Shown piece by piece: positions 12,868-26,472 of a stretch of DNA of 64,000 nt. How positions within the stretch are numbered: position 1 is the stretch's first letter; each line of letters starts with the position of its first letter. Position numbers and translations under genes: made by a program. The notes under the pieces are model-generated. The model saw nothing but the letters and a program-made list of their open reading frames with translations. It searched no databases and had not been told where the DNA came from. Source of the DNA: Squalus acanthias (taxonomy: Eukaryota); assembly GCA_030390025.1 (NCBI GenBank), contig CM059440.1, positions 67,146,001 through 67,210,000 of the forward strand. The letters are read 5' to 3'.

Positions 12868-14769
12868 AAGAACAGAGAGGTACTCATCAAGGACAGAGAG
12901 GCAGTCAGTGCCCGCTGGAAGGAGCACTTCGAAGATCTCCTTAACCGAGACTCTGTCTTCGATGCGAGTGTCCTCAACTCCATCCCGCAGCATGCTACCC
13001 ACCACCATCTCAGCACAACCCCAGCCCGGCATGAGGTTGAAAAGGCCATCTGACAACTGAAGAACAACAAGACCTCAGGAGCAGATGGAATCCCCGCCGA
13101 GGCACTAAAGCATGGCGGAGAAGCACTACTGCCGCGAATTCATGAACTCATTTATCTTATTTGGAAGGAGGAGAGCATGCCAGGGGATCTCAGAGATGCC
13201 GTAATCGTGACCATCTTCAAGAAAGGTGACAAGTCCGATTGCAGTAATTACAGAGGAGTTTCCCTGCTGTCTGCCACAGGGAAAGTCATCGCAAGAATCC
13301 TCCTCAATCGCAATGCGGATTCCGCCCACAAAGGGGCACAGTGGACATGATCTTCACCGCGCGTCAAATACAAGAGAAATGCAGGGAACAGCACCAACCG
13401 CTGTACATGGCCTTCTTTGACCTCACAAAGGCCTTCGACACTGTCAACCATGAGGGATTATGGAGTGTCCTCCTCAAATTCGGCTGCCCTCAAAAGTTTG
13501 TCACCATCCTCCGCCTGCTTCACGACGACATGCAAGCCGTGAGCCTGACCAACGCATCCACCACAGACCCAATTCACGTATGGACCGGGGTCAAGCAAGG
13601 CTGTGTCATCGCACCAACGCTCTTCTCGAACTTCCTTGCTGCAATGCTCCATCTCACCCTCAGTAAGCTCCCCACTGGAGTGGAGCTAATCTACAGAACA
13701 AACGGGAAACTGTTCAACCTCCGTCGCCTCAAGTCCAGATCCAAGGTCGTCCCATCCTCTGTCATCGAATTACAGTATGCAGACGACGCTTGCGTCTGCG
13801 CACACTTGGAGGTCGAATTCCAAACCATCGTCAACACCGTCACCGAAGCGTACGAGAGCATGGGCCTTACACTAAACATCCATAAGACAAAGATCCTCTA
13901 CCAACTTGTCCCCGCCACACAGTACTGCCCCCCAATTATCAAAATCCACGACAAGGCCTTGGACAACGTGAACCACTTTCCATACCTCGGGAGCCTACTG
14001 TCAACAAGGGCAGACGTCAATGATGAAGTCCAACACCGCCTTCAGTGTGCCAGTGCAGCCTTCGGGCGCCTGAGGAAGAGAGTGTTTGAAGACCAGGACC
14101 TCAAACCCAGCACCAAGCTCATGGTCTACAGAGCAGTAGTGATTCCCGCCCTCCTGTACGCTTCAGAGACATGGACCATGTACAGCAGGCACCTCAAAGC
14201 ACTGGAGAGGTACCACCAATGCTGCCTCCGCAAGATTCTGCAAATCCATTGGAAGGATAGGCACACCAACGTCAGTGTTCTCGCTCAGGCCAACATCAAA
14301 GCTTTGACCACGCTCGATCAGCTCCGATGGATGGGCCACATCGTCCGCATGCCCGATACGAAACTCCCAAAACAAGCGCTCTACTCGGAGCTCCGGCACG
14401 GCAAGAGAGCCCCAGGTGGGCAGAGGAAATGCTTCAAGGACACCCTCAAAGCCTCCTTGAAAAAGTGCAACATCCCCACTGACACCTGGGAATCCCTGGC
14501 CCAAGACCGCACAAAGTGGAGGAGAAGCATCCGGGAAGGGGCCGAACACCTCGAGTCTCTTCGCCGGGAGCAAGCGGAAACCAAGCGCAAACAGCGGAAG
14601 GAGCGCACGTCAACCCAAGCACCCCACCCACCTGCCCCTTCAACCACCGTCTGCCCCACCTGTGACAGAGACTGTAGGTCCCGCATCAGACTCATCAGTC
14701 ACCTGAGAACTCATTTTTAGTGTGGAAGCAAGTCATCCTCGGTTCCGAGGTACTGCCTAAAAAGAAGAA
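12868..14769 (+). mobile_element. RTE-clade (BovB/Expander-like) LINE, 5'-truncated
   Basis: RT ORF 13341-14720 (QEKCREQ..FFDLTKAFDTV..GVKQGCVIAPTLF..QYADD), C-terminal CPTC..H..H finger, (GAA)n tail, TSD GGTCATCTGCC at 12857-12867 and 14770-14780; upstream stop and internal deletion near 13310. Confidence 0.92.
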
Positions 14770-17613
14770 GGTCATCTGCCCTAACATCTCCTTATGTGGC
14801 TCGGTGTCACATTTTTTTTTAGATAACACTCCTGTGAAGCGCCTTGGGATGTTTTATTACATTAAAGGTGCTATATAAATATAAGTTGTTGTTGTTTGGA
14901 TGTAAATGATCCCATGGCACAATTCTAAGCAGAGCAGGGGAGCTCTCCTAGTGTCTTGGCCAATATTTATCCCTGACCCAACAACTTATCTGGTCAGTTA
15001 TTCAAGCAAATATGAATGCTAATTGGAAAAAAAGCCCAATTTCACAATTTTACTTTTGCAGCAGTAACTTAGCTTTAAGAATCCAACTTCAACAGACCAG
15101 TACAGGAGTCATGGCCCATTTTAATGGAGGAGCTTAGACCGAGGGGGGTGGGACTCACCCGAACAAAGTCAAATTCGGCATGGCACATATTTGTATAATT
15201 ATGCTATTTACAAGAGGCTTGTTTTGGCCAGCAGTGCAGTCTTCAGTAATCCATCTGTTGCTCTCCTGCGAAATGCGACCGGCTGTGAATTGGGCGCACC
15301 AGGGTCTGGAATTTCCTCTGGGACAGTATCACCGCTGGAGGTGGGTCAGGGTGAAATGTCCACTGACTGCCTCGACTCCACCATTTTCTCAAGTGGGGGT
15401 CAGTTATACATGATGGGCTGGCTCCTGATGGGAACCCGCCACTGTACAGCTGGAGAATCCAGTGAGCAGCACCCGAGGTGGGGGGGTGGGGAAGGAACTA
15501 CATTTAAAGGAGGCAGAAGCCCCTTGAAGGGCAGAATTTTCTGCAGAGTAAATGGTTTTGAATGAATACGAGTGCCCCGTAGAGTGACAAGGGAACAGGA
15601 GAGGAACAGATGGCCAGGACACAAGGTCCGCACCCTCCTTCAGTGGCTGCCTGCCACTGTGGAGACTGTACTGACATCCCTATTCTGCTGATACTGGAGG
15701 TGGCAGGAAGGCAGGGAAATCCACTGGTTTCCCTCGCCCTTGTCCTCCCCCCCATCGTTTAAATGAAAGGGACAGGGGCTAAGATTCCTTCAGGGGGAGG
15801 AGAGGAAACTCCCCCAGAGTCTGATTTAGAGTTAGTGACCTGCCCCATTTTCCCTGCTCCATCGTCACTATACCCCCTGATTTTGGGTGGTGTAGCAGAG
15901 GAAAATTCAGCCCAGGTTGTGTGCCAGATTTCGCGATCTGCGCTCCCAGCCAGCGATGCTCTATGCTGCCAGAGGAACCTTGTAAAATCAGCTCTTTAAC
16001 GGGTTTGATTGATTATGCTCAGGTTTTTATTGAAATCCAGTCAATTACCACCAATCCCTTGATAGTTTCCGACAGCAAAATCAATAATTCATCATCATTG
16101 CTTGCAAAATAATGCAAATGCTTTTAACAAATGCATGTCACAAACATGTGAATTTTGTGGAAAACCCCAGCAGTATTTCTGAGTCTGTTTAGACCCAGGG
16201 TGAGGAAAGTAAAGAACACTCCTTCTGCTTTGTATCGACTGACGAGGACTCTGCACAGTCTCCACAAGGGTTCCAATTTCTTCTTGCTTCACACTAATGT
16301 TAAGGGACTTCCTGCCCATCACAAAGGTAAATGAAGACCCAAGTTATTATCCCCTCCTCCCGCCCCCATCAGGGCCATTATTAAGAAGTGAATAATAGAG
16401 CTGGGACAGGGAAGGGGAACAGGCTGTTAGTTTAATCTTCGGATACTAACGCCTATCACAAAGAAGCAGTTACTGGGTTAAGTGAAGCATGCCAGTGGGC
16501 AAAACAGAGACTCTTGATAGACTGATCATACTGCACTCAGTGCTCGCAATGCGGTTTCCTCTACACTGGGGAGACCCAACACAGGTTCACAGGCAATTAC
16601 ACACACTGCTTATCTGTGATAAAGGGAAATTGCCAATTCCAATCTTGGTGGCAGCGGCACTGAACACTGGGCGGTTTCAACATCAGGCAGATCTCCATCC
16701 ATAATTGGCCATAAGTACCTGCCAGGCTGCCACTGAAAAGAAGCGAGAGCTTCATTATCATATGTTGATGCATTAATATGATATTACTGTTAGCACAGGC
16801 TAATTTCTGTGATATCTACTGGAAATGCACTGCGCATTCATTTTGACAGCATAAACTAAAACTTGGAGACAGGCTGACATTTACTGGGAGGAAGTGACAC
16901 TTGCGATTTTTGAATCATTTAAACAGTTTCAATGGAGATTTGCGGCGCATCTGCTGGAAGCACCAAAGTAATTACGGAAACTAAAAGCCGTCTTTAAATT
17001 GCGTGAATGCAACCTCCCTTTAAGAGGTGTACTCACCCTTTGAATAGTGGCCCGGGTCTCTGGTGGGAAATTGCGCGGTGTAGGTGGGCGGCCCGCTGTC
17101 AACACAATCGACCTTCGAGCCTGACAATCTTACTGGGCCAAACCTTGCTGGAAAAATAATGGCATGTTAACGACGCACACCATTATTAATACGCAAATCG
17201 ACCAGCAAGTTCAGGGCAATGAGAGATACGCCATGAGCTGTGAATCTCCAGAACTTGCTGGTGGATTTAGGCCGCTCCATCATTTGCTTCACACAAACGG
17301 TATCTCGCCCTTACTTTTACAAACCTGCTGGATTTGCACATTAATTGCCCATTAAAGTCACCAGAGAAAGTTGTCTGGTAATTAAGAGCGTACGTACCAT
17401 TTTTTAACGATGTGGTAATTGTTAATACAATCAGCCTCTCTGACCCAGAAGAGGAACAAGTTAAAATGTTCAATCACATTCCTGCATTGTGACAACTTGT
17501 TGTTAGAGATTTAAAAAATGTCAAATTTAAAATTTAAAACTTTAAATTTTTTTTCACCTTTTCCTTTCTGTCTTTTTTCTTTCTCTCCGTCCAATCTTTC
17601 TTTCCCTCTCTGT

Positions 17614-19290
17614 GGCCGCGATTTTACTTACCTCGGTGGGTCCGTGGCGGGCGATGTCGGTGGCGGGTCCCGACCCCGCTGCTGGCTCCATCCCGCTCTG
17701 GAAAATGAATTTCCGTTGATGGGGCTTGTTAAGCCCGCCCAGCGCATTTCCCGGGCCAATTAGAGGAAGCGGGTCGGGTGACGTCATTTGATGACGCGTC
17801 ATCAACCGGTTTCCTTAAAGGGACCATGGTCAAATTTATTTTGATATTTGTGCTGTCAGCGTTCTACAGCATTAAGGTGCTGCAAACACTGACAATGGCT
17901 GCACAGAGGCAGAGGGCTGCACCCAGGCTCTCCCATGACTCCCTCCATAAGCAGTCACAGCACGCAGGGACGTTCTCTTCCCTTCCCATGGGCGGAAGAG
18001 ACCTCCACAGGAGATCAACGCAGCCTGGTTGCAGAGGAGGGCACAAGCAGGGATGTGGTCAGGAGGACCAGGCTGCAGTGGCGCAAACCTTTCAATGATC
18101 TCAGTAGATCACGGAACATTACTGCAAAGCCACACTCAACCTCATCCTGCTGTCACTCATCACATCCTCATCACTCTGCCTTCCCTACCCTACTCCTGCA
18201 CATCCTTACTCACACCAACTTACCTTGCACCTCCACCCATCCCTCTCTCTCTATCCACATTGTCACTTTCCCATCTCACTAGCCACACCTCACACTCACC
18301 CTCATCCTAGTCCAATCATACCAACTAACAACACACAAGGGCAGGCACTTGGGTGTTTTCTGCAATGTTCATGTAAAGTTTCTGTTAATGTGTTGTCAAA
18401 CATTGAAACCTTTATTTTCAACACTTTGTGTTCTTGGACAGATTTGTGTGCATTTTTGGAAGTGGCTTAGTGAGTTGCAGTGAATGGTGAGACATAATGT
18501 GATGAGTGTGAAAGGAATGGCTTGGGCATTGTAGGGATGCTTTATGGTGTTGGTGTGGGGTGGTGCCAACCTGGCACATCATGTGGCAGCCAGGGTGTAC
18601 AGCACCAAGTCAAGTAAATCTGGCCATGGTGAGGCCATCCCTGGCCTCCCGGGCAGCAAGGTGGTCAGGTGCTGATGCCCTGTGTCCTGTACAGCATCAG
18701 TTGATTACGGAGAAGGTTAGTGTTGTTTTTGGTGCTGCTGGTGTGCCTGGTGCTGTTGGTGTCGGGGCTGATCGTGGTGGGATTCTGAGGACCAAGGTGA
18801 GAGAGTATAAAGGGCACCGATGCTGATGGAATAGATAGCAGGTGAAGTAGAGATGACAGAAGCGATCTGTCAATGGTGAGAGAGGTAACGAGGTCAGACT
18901 GGATGGAGACTTGTGTAAAGACTTGCAGCATCCTGAATCTGTAGTGGAAATGCAGTGAGGAAGAGTTTGTGGCTGAGGGAAGATATCTCTGTAAGGTGGG
19001 AGTGTTTACTGTACATTTGAAGCTGTCAACTCAACAACTGATTCAATGGCCACTGGCCTCCCGCCTCAGCTTCACAGACGGGGTCTAGGCACAGGGAGAG
19101 ACCGGTGGGCGACCCGTCAAATCCAAAAAACTGGGAAAAAACCATGGATAGGTGGCTGGAAACAAGCCACTAATAATTTTAATTGCCTCCCCCGCCGCTG
19201 CCTGTCGGGTCTGCTCAGCGCTGGCAGACCCGACATCGGGAAAGTCCAGTGTGCGTGTTTTGACAGCGGGTTCCCGGCCCGCTGTCAATC
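17614..19290 (+). mobile_element. Degenerate PIF/Harbinger derivative with Myb/SANT-like gene remnant (right end uncertain)
   Basis: End ggccgcgatttt; from 17895 MAAQRQRAAPRLSHDSL..VAEEGTSRDVVRRTRLQWRKPFNDLSR; an inverted relative lies in the B7 intron at ~52860-53264. Confidence 0.65.
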
Positions 19291-19393
19291 ATTTTAAATT
19301 TAACAACTTTCCAGAATTTAACAGAATTCCTCTAACTGGGAGTAAAAAGAATTCTCTGCATTGTGCCATTACAAATATTAGCCCTGCAATTCC

Positions 19394-20152
19394 ATGGGCC
19401 GGAATCTGCAGAAAAAATAACAGCATGTGAACGACGCACGCTGTTACACATGTACAAATCAGCCAGCTACTTGTGGCGAGGAAGAGATACCTCGTGAATT
19501 GCGAATCGCCACAAGTTGCTGGATGATTTGCGCAGCTCCGCTGTTAGCTTCGAGACGACGTCTCGCTCTCAACTGCCCCATAAGTTTGCATCTGCACATT
19601 AATTGTCCATTAAACTCACCACAGAAAGTTAAGTTAAGCACAATTACCATTTTAACAATGTGATAATTGTTAATGACTGCCAATCAACCTCTCTGGCTCA
19701 GAAACGGAACAACTTAAACTGTGGAGTCTTATTCCTTCAGGCAGTGAATTGTTGTTGGGAGATTTAAAAAATGTCAAATTTTTAATTTTTAATTTATTTT
19801 TCTTACTTTTCCTTTCTGTCTCTTATTTTTCTCTCTCCCTCTTAATCCAATCTCTTTCCCTCTCTTTATTTCTCTTTCTGTACCTGATTTGACATTGAAT
19901 TCACCCACTCTAATTCACCCTTGTTCTCAGTCCTTCCTCTGTTTATTTCCCAATCCTTAAATCTCATTGGTTATGGAGATAGACTATTTGTCCCGCCGTT
20001 CACCAAGGTCCCAGATGCCCCGCTACCCTCACTGCATCGTTATCAGCTCGCACTTCCAGCAAGTTACAGGCCAAAAAAGTTTTTGAGCTGAAGGGTGCAG
20101 GAAAAGGTCTAACTAACAGCGAGATGTCCCGCTCCAGCGAGATCTGGCCCAT
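19394..20152. mobile_element. Harbinger-type MITE, opposite orientation to 5808-6774
   Basis: atgggccggaatctgc / gcgagatctggcccat ends; internal similarity. Confidence 0.7.
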
Positions 20153-21535
20153 GGGTTTCCCGCAGGAGACAAGCAGATCCCCAGGTAATGCCAATCTCCT
20201 GCTGTAGATACGGTGGGAGACAGGAGACCACCCAAGTGATTTCAGAAGCTCCTGCCTATTTAAGCAGGTCACGGGGTTTTACAAGAGGAGAAAGTTAATA
20301 TTGGAAGTATAAAAAGTAAAAATAATTCATCGTGAAGATAAGAATACTTTTAAATATGTTCGTTAATCAATAAGTCGTAACCTGTGCAAGTTATATCGGA
20401 TTGCCTTTGGTATCGTATTACAAAGTATTACAGCGATGGACAGTTATATTTATAAACTAAGTAACTTTACTTTTTTTGTACAGTTGTGAGTTTATATGAA
20501 ATGTAAACAGAATTCATGAGTTGGCACTCAGGCACTGATTAGAATCTTCATAGCAAAATAAAGTAGACCAGAAAACACCCGTGATTAGAAATAAACTACA
20601 AGAAAGAAAAGAGTGCGGAATTTGCTATGCAGAATAATGAGGAAATGACTGATAACAAAAAGAGGATGAATGTTTACAGTTTCCCTGGCATTTTCCTCTT
20701 CATCGAATACTGGACTCTGAAAACTGAAATCTCCCTCTCCAATTTTCCTGACAATACAATATAATGACTGGATTCAAGATATTAACAACTGACTTGGGGG
20801 CAATGGGAATCCCTCTGGAGTCTCTGCACATTAACTAGCATAATCTACATAAACCTGCGCATATTCAAAGTCAAAGATATACAACTGTCAATTGGTGTGG
20901 TGTCCCAGGTCATTATGGACCCCCCCACCCCTTCGGCCCCTTGACAAGATGCACTACATAGACCTGAACAAGTAATTCGTGTTTCACTATTAAGTATTGG
21001 AATTGGGAAACGCTAAAAGAAACAAAATTGTTGTACAAGTTTTAGTATTGATTGTCTGAACTGACTCAGAGTTCAACAGCTGCTCAGGCATGAGATGAAT
21101 AACTATTGAAAGGTGCTTGCAGTTTGAAAGACCCATAAAAGAAGGTCAGAATTGCTCAGAGATTGGCAATTTTTGAGCTATCATGAATGAGACAACACTA
21201 ATTTGCTGAAATCTTCTCAGAGTGATTGCAACAAAATGTATTCCTTTCAGTTTGAGTTACTGCATTGCATGAGTCAAATTAACATGTAGGCAACTGTTGT
21301 AACGTTTGAATAGATATTTTCTTCAGCATAGAAGACACTGGCCTAGAAATCTGCGCACCCATTTTTGGGCATGCAGGGGGTGTAGGGTGCTGTCCCTGTG
21401 CCTGAGCACTGTGATCCGAGGAGCCCCCAATATTGAACCTCGGGCCTCACTCCCATAGAGCAGGCGAGCTGCCAGAAAATCCTAATTGAAGATCCAACCG
21501 CTGCTTCCGTTGTAGTGGCCCTCAGGTAAGTGATC

Positions 21536-21730
21536 AGGCCTCGGGCCGGGGGTGGGCGATCGGGTCTCGGGCCAGGGGTGGGCGATCGGGCCTCGGGCCA
21601 GGGGTGGGCGATCGGGCCTCGGGCCGGGGGTGGGCGATCAGGCCTCTGGCCTCAGGCCGGGGGTGGGCGATCGGGCCTCGGGCCGGGGGTGGGCGATCGG
21701 GCCTCGGGCCTCGGGCCACGGGCGGGCGAT
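21536..21730 (+). repeat. 26-bp G-rich minisatellite, about 7 copies
   Basis: Unit gggcctcgggccgggggtgggcgatc; spacing 26,26,26,33,26. Confidence 0.9.
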
Positions 21731-22694
21731 TGAGCCTTGGGCCGGAGAGGGTGATGGGGCCTCAGGCGCGGGGCAGGGTGCAATCAATGACTGGGGGGAG
21801 GTAGCGGTTGCCGGGTGAAAATCGGGCCTTGGGTGGGGTGAAGCGGCCCGTGTTCTTTTAAGGTGGGTTTGGTTGGAGCACTCTTGCTCCTTTTGGATCC
21901 ACATTCAGGTAAGTGTGGGGCCTTCAGCCTGTTAGCGCCACGCTGAGCTGTACAAGTTCAGCACGTGGCGAGTGAAATGTTGCGGCGTTCGAAAATCGGA
22001 AACAGGTCCTGCAAGACACGCAGGATCCTAATTGAAATAAATTATTCTGCCTGTTAAATGTTCCAAACGTGTGGTCCTGCCGCCAGCACAATACCTTAAC
22101 CAATATAGTGGCTGGCGCACTTCTACCGGAAATGTGCGCGCGCTTCTTGCCCACCATATTGGGAGCTTAGTAGGCCAATTCAATACTCAGTAATTTCAGT
22201 AATTTCATCTTTAATTAAAGATTCCAAAATTGTCCCTACCACTGATGTTAAACTAACTGGCTAACCCAGGTTAGCTCTGTCTCCCTTTTTGAAAATGGGG
22301 ATTACATTAGCTGCTCTCCAGTCATAGGAAGACACATCAGATGGTCCATTTCCTACTGCGTTAATCACAGGAAGACACCTACCCTAGTTGTTTGAATCAT
22401 TCCTGATTGTTTAAGATATGAATGTGTTGCTTATGTATTAGATGACTGTAGATGTAGAGGATTTCTCTCAGTGACCTATTCTTATTAAGTTTGTAAATTC
22501 ACAAGAACATTTATAACTTCCTCTAGAAATTTTTGTAATGTAAGCTAGAGCACCTTAAACAACATTTTTTAAAATGATAATCTCTGTGATTATCAGAGAT
22601 CACTGCCAAGTGAATCACACAGTACGTGAGTCTTCCCTCTGTTTCTGTACTCATACCATTTATTTAATATTTATCCTTTTAGTTGAAAATCATA

Positions 22695-23583
22695 GGGGGA
22701 GAAATTCAGTATCGCCCCATTTGGGGCGCAATTATCGGCTGGGCGCAAAGATTAGCGCCTGGCGCTAATTATCGCCACCGACTGCAAACTTGACTTTTAT
22801 CGCCCCTGGAGGTGATTGGAGCGCTAAATCAGGCGCTTCACACCTGTCTTAAGGCACAAAGGCCGAGGAGCGAGGCGCTACCTCAGAGCGCTGGCGAAGC
22901 TCATGTAATGTCAGTCAACAATGGAACACACACACAATGGCGCGGGCCAGTTCTTAAAGGGGATGGTTAATCTTGCTTTCCATCCACATCCTGCTCATTG
23001 CAGGCTTGAATCTCGGCCTGGAGAGACCTGCACAACAAATCTGCTGGAACGAACAATGGAGAGTACCAGGCAAAGAGCTCAGAGTGCAGCCCCCACAGTC
23101 TCTTCTAAATCGATACAAGGAATGGCAAATCAAAATGAACCTGCAAAGTGCTGCTCAGTACCCAAAACTCCTTCACACAACGTTGAATCTCTCCAGAAGT
23201 CTCTCTCTCTCTCAGAATGCGTAGTTCAAAAATGGCACCAACAATAAAAGGCAGGAAGCGGTCACCTTTAAATAGCGCTCCCCCTTTCCCTTCATGACTG
23301 CAGAACGCTCCCCTCAACCTGTCGTTGCTAGCGTCAGGCAGTAAGGCAGGGGGCGCCACTCAATATCCGCTCCGGGGCGATACCGGGGCGTTGCGCACTC
23401 GACTGACGTCACAATCTGCCGGCGCAGGAGATCGTGGCGGTAGTGTTTAGCGCCGCCACAAAATGTCTAGTTAATTTCGCGAGCGGCGCAAACTTCGCCG
23501 CGCCTGGGCGCTAGATGCTTTGCACCCCATTAGCGCCCTCTTAAGGCGCTAACGGGAGGCGCAACCAACTGAATTTTTCCCCC
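22695..23583. mobile_element. GC-rich MITE (same end family)
   Basis: TIR gggggagaaattcagt / actgaatttttccccc, flanked by TA on both sides. Confidence 0.8.
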
Positions 23584-23900
23584 TATCTCTTTGACCAAGC
23601 TTTTGGTCACCTGTCCTAATATCTCCTCATGTGGCTCAATGTCGAATTCCGTTTGATAATCGCTCCTGTGAAGCGCCTTGGGACGTTTGACTACACTGAA
23701 GGTGCTGTATAAATACAAGTTGCTGTTGTTGTATATTTCTGCATTCTGCATTCACCAGTAACATTCTGACATTTGAATTTTGGAATTACATCACAATAAT
23801 TTTCATGCTAGTCTTAATCAATGTTTAGGCCTTTATGGCCCTTGATATTTTTTCTCTTCCTACAGCCACGTGCCCCCAAACATGACTGTGCTGACACTAA

Positions 23901-24551
23901 GGGCTGGATTTTCATCGACCCGTGGAGGTGGGTTTGGAGGCGTGTGGGGGGTTAAAATTGCGAAAACTGGTGGGCGGGCACAAGCCCGCCTCCATCCCGC
24001 CTCCACGCAATTTTCATTAAATCGTGTCTGCTGGTCCCGACTCCGTCCCGCCTCTAAGAGGTGGGATAGGCTGTTAAGGCCGTTAACAAGCACTAAATTG
24101 CCTCTATAATGCCATTTTGAAAGGCCTTTGTGATTTTAACCCTTTTTCTACGTGAAGCACACCTGTTCTGAACCACGAATGTGAAACCTGGCGGGAGCAC
24201 ATTTGATGGCTGGCTGGCTGGATGGATGGATGGATGGCATATCTGGGAGTGGTGGTGCAAAAATATCTGGGAGCAGACTTAGGGCTGCTGCTGCTCATTT
24301 TGCATCCAGGTCCTCTCACAGCAAAGGCCAGGCAGTCTTTGCAGACCTTCAATGCAGCAGCAATGATGACATCATCAGAGGTGACTTTCAGACTGAAAAC
24401 ACTAATTGGGTCATGGGTTCCCACATGCTGGAACTCAATTGCCCAATTAGGTGAAAATTGTATCAATCTCCCACATCCAATTGCAGTCGGGTGGATAACA
24501 CGAAAAGTGGATAACACGACCCCAACCCACCCCAGTATCAAAATCCAGCCC
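23901..24551. mobile_element. Harbinger-type MITE
   Basis: Perfect inverted ends gggctggatttt / aaaatccagccc, flanked by TAA and TTA. Confidence 0.78.
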
Positions 24552-24625
24552 TTACTCTCTTATCATTTATACAAAAATGAGAAGTCGCACAACACCAGGT
24601 TATAGTCCAACAGTTTTATTTGAAA

Positions 24626-24662
24626 TTACAAGCTTTCGGAGCGCTGCTCCTTCGTCAGGTAC
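24626..24662 (-). ncRNA. Minimal hammerhead ribozyme motif (family A)
   Basis: Reverse complement reads gtac-CTGACGA-aggagcagcgctcc-GAAA-gcTT-gtaa. Confidence 0.75.
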
Positions 24663-24698
24663 AGTGAGGGAATACAAATCGATTACAAAGTATATATA

Positions 24699-25800
24699 TG
24701 ATGCGGAGATGCCGGTGTTGGACTGGGGTGGACAAAAATGAGAAGTCGCACAACACCAGGTTATAGTCCAACAGATTTATTTAAAATTACAAGCTTTCGG
24801 AGCTATCGCCCCTTCCTCAGGTAAAGTTACAATGAGTGAATCTACAAAAGTTCAGAGAATATAAACACAGATGCTGCAGAGATACAATCTTTCCTTACAT
24901 CAAAGACACACCAAGAGCACAGCCAAGACAATGAGATGTGTCCCAGGGGGTCCAACGTGTCAAATCCTGCTGTCTGCAGCAGATCTCTCTCCATATCCCT
25001 TCCTCTCTCTCCATCTTTTTTGGGGTTTGTTTTTTGAGTTTGTTTTTTTTGTGTTTGTTTTTTAAAAACTGGAAAGACAGACAACGATGTCAAGTCACGT
25101 TCTGTAGCGTGACATGAACCCAATATCCCTATTGAGGCCGTCCTCATGAGTGCGGAACTTGGCTATCAGTTTCTGCTCAATGATTTTGCATTGTCGTGTG
25201 TCTCGAAGGCCGCCTTGGAGAACGCTAACCCGCAGATCTGAGGCTGAATGCCCTTGACTGCTGAAGTGTTCCCCGACTGGAAGGCAACTATCCTGCCTGG
25301 CGATTGTTGCGCGGTGTCCGTTCATACGTTGTCTCAGTGTCTGCATGGTGTCGCCGATGTACCATGCTCTGGGGCATCCTTTCCTGCAACGTATCAGGTA
25401 GACAACGTTGGCCGAGTCACATGAGTATGTACCATGTACCTGGTGGGTAGTGTCCTCACGTGTGATGACGGTATCTGTGTTCATGATCTGGCATGTCTTG
25501 CAGAGGTTGCCGTGGCAGGGTTGTGTGGTGTCGTGGTTGCTGTTCTCCTGACAGCTGGGTAATTTGCTGCGGACGATGGTACTTTTGAGGTTAGGCGGCT
25601 GCTTGAAGGCAAGTACTGGAGGTGTGGGGATGGCCTTAGCAAGGTGTTCGTCGTCATCGATGACATGTTGAAGGCTGCGAAGAACATGGCGTAGTTTCTC
25701 TGCTTCGGGGAAGTACTAGACGACGTAGGGTACTCTGTTGGTTGTGTCCCGTGTTCGCCTTCTGAGGAGGTCTATGCGGTTTTTCGCTGTGGCCCGTCGG
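24699..25800 (-). mobile_element. Nested Penelope 3' fragment (related subfamily) inserted in the inverted pLTR of the host Penelope
   Basis: GIY-YIG ORF 25095-25484 with diagnostic differences (RKGCPRAWYIGDT) and a different 3' UTR; 11-bp TSD AAGTATATATA at 24688-24698 and 25801-25811. Confidence 0.9.
24787..24824 (-). ncRNA. Minimal hammerhead ribozyme motif (family A variant)
   Basis: Reverse complement reads ttac-CTGAGGA-a-ggggc(gata)gctcc-GAAA-gcTT-gtaa; changes fall at the variable core N, loop II and one G-U wobble. Confidence 0.78.
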
Positions 25801-26472
25801 AAGTATATATAGACAGAGAACAATGTGTCTGCAGAGATACAATCCATCAGGGAGGCATTACATCAAAGACACAGCAGAGTACAGCTAAGACAATGAGGTG
25901 GGGTCACAGGGGGTCCAACGTGTCAAATGCTGCAGTCTGCAGTTGAGCTTTTTACTTTTTTTTAAAACTGGAAATCACATCTGTGAACCAGACAACGACG
26001 TCGAGTCACGTCCTGTAGCGTGACAGTGAAACCGAGATCCCGGTTGAGGCCGTCCTCATGGGTGCGGAACTTAGCTATCAGTTTCTGCTTGATGATTTTG
26101 TGTTGTCGTGTGTCTCGAAGGCCGCCTTGGAGAACGCTAACCCGCAGATCCGAGGCTGAATGTCCTTGACTGCTGAAGTGTTCCCCGACTGGGAGGTAAC
26201 AATCCTGCCTGGCGATTGTTGCGCGGTGTCCGTTCATACGTTGTCTCAGTGTCTGCATGGTCTCGCCGATGTACCATGCTGCGGTGCATTCTTTCCTGCA
26301 ACATATGAGGTAGACAACGTTGGCCGAGTCACATGAGTATGTACCATGTACCTGGTGGGTAGTGTCCTCACGTGTGATGATGGTATCTGTGTTGATGATC
26401 TGGCATGTCTTGCAGAGGTTGCCGTGGCAGGGTTGTGTGGTGTCGTGGTCGCTGTTCTCCTGACAGCTGGGA

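Larger units (their letters stand above)
12050..15000 (+). mobile_element. tRNA-derived (Deu-like) SINE interrupted by a MITE, an L2 3' end and the RTE LINE
   Basis: Head with A/B-box-like sequence at 12050-12240; body resumes at about 14898; matches the SINE at 7045-7445 (-). Confidence 0.65.

Noticed and set aside
21530-21904. Repetitive Gly/Arg/Pro ORFs
   Set aside because: Translation artefacts of the 26-bp minisatellite; no unique spacers, so not CRISPR-like either.
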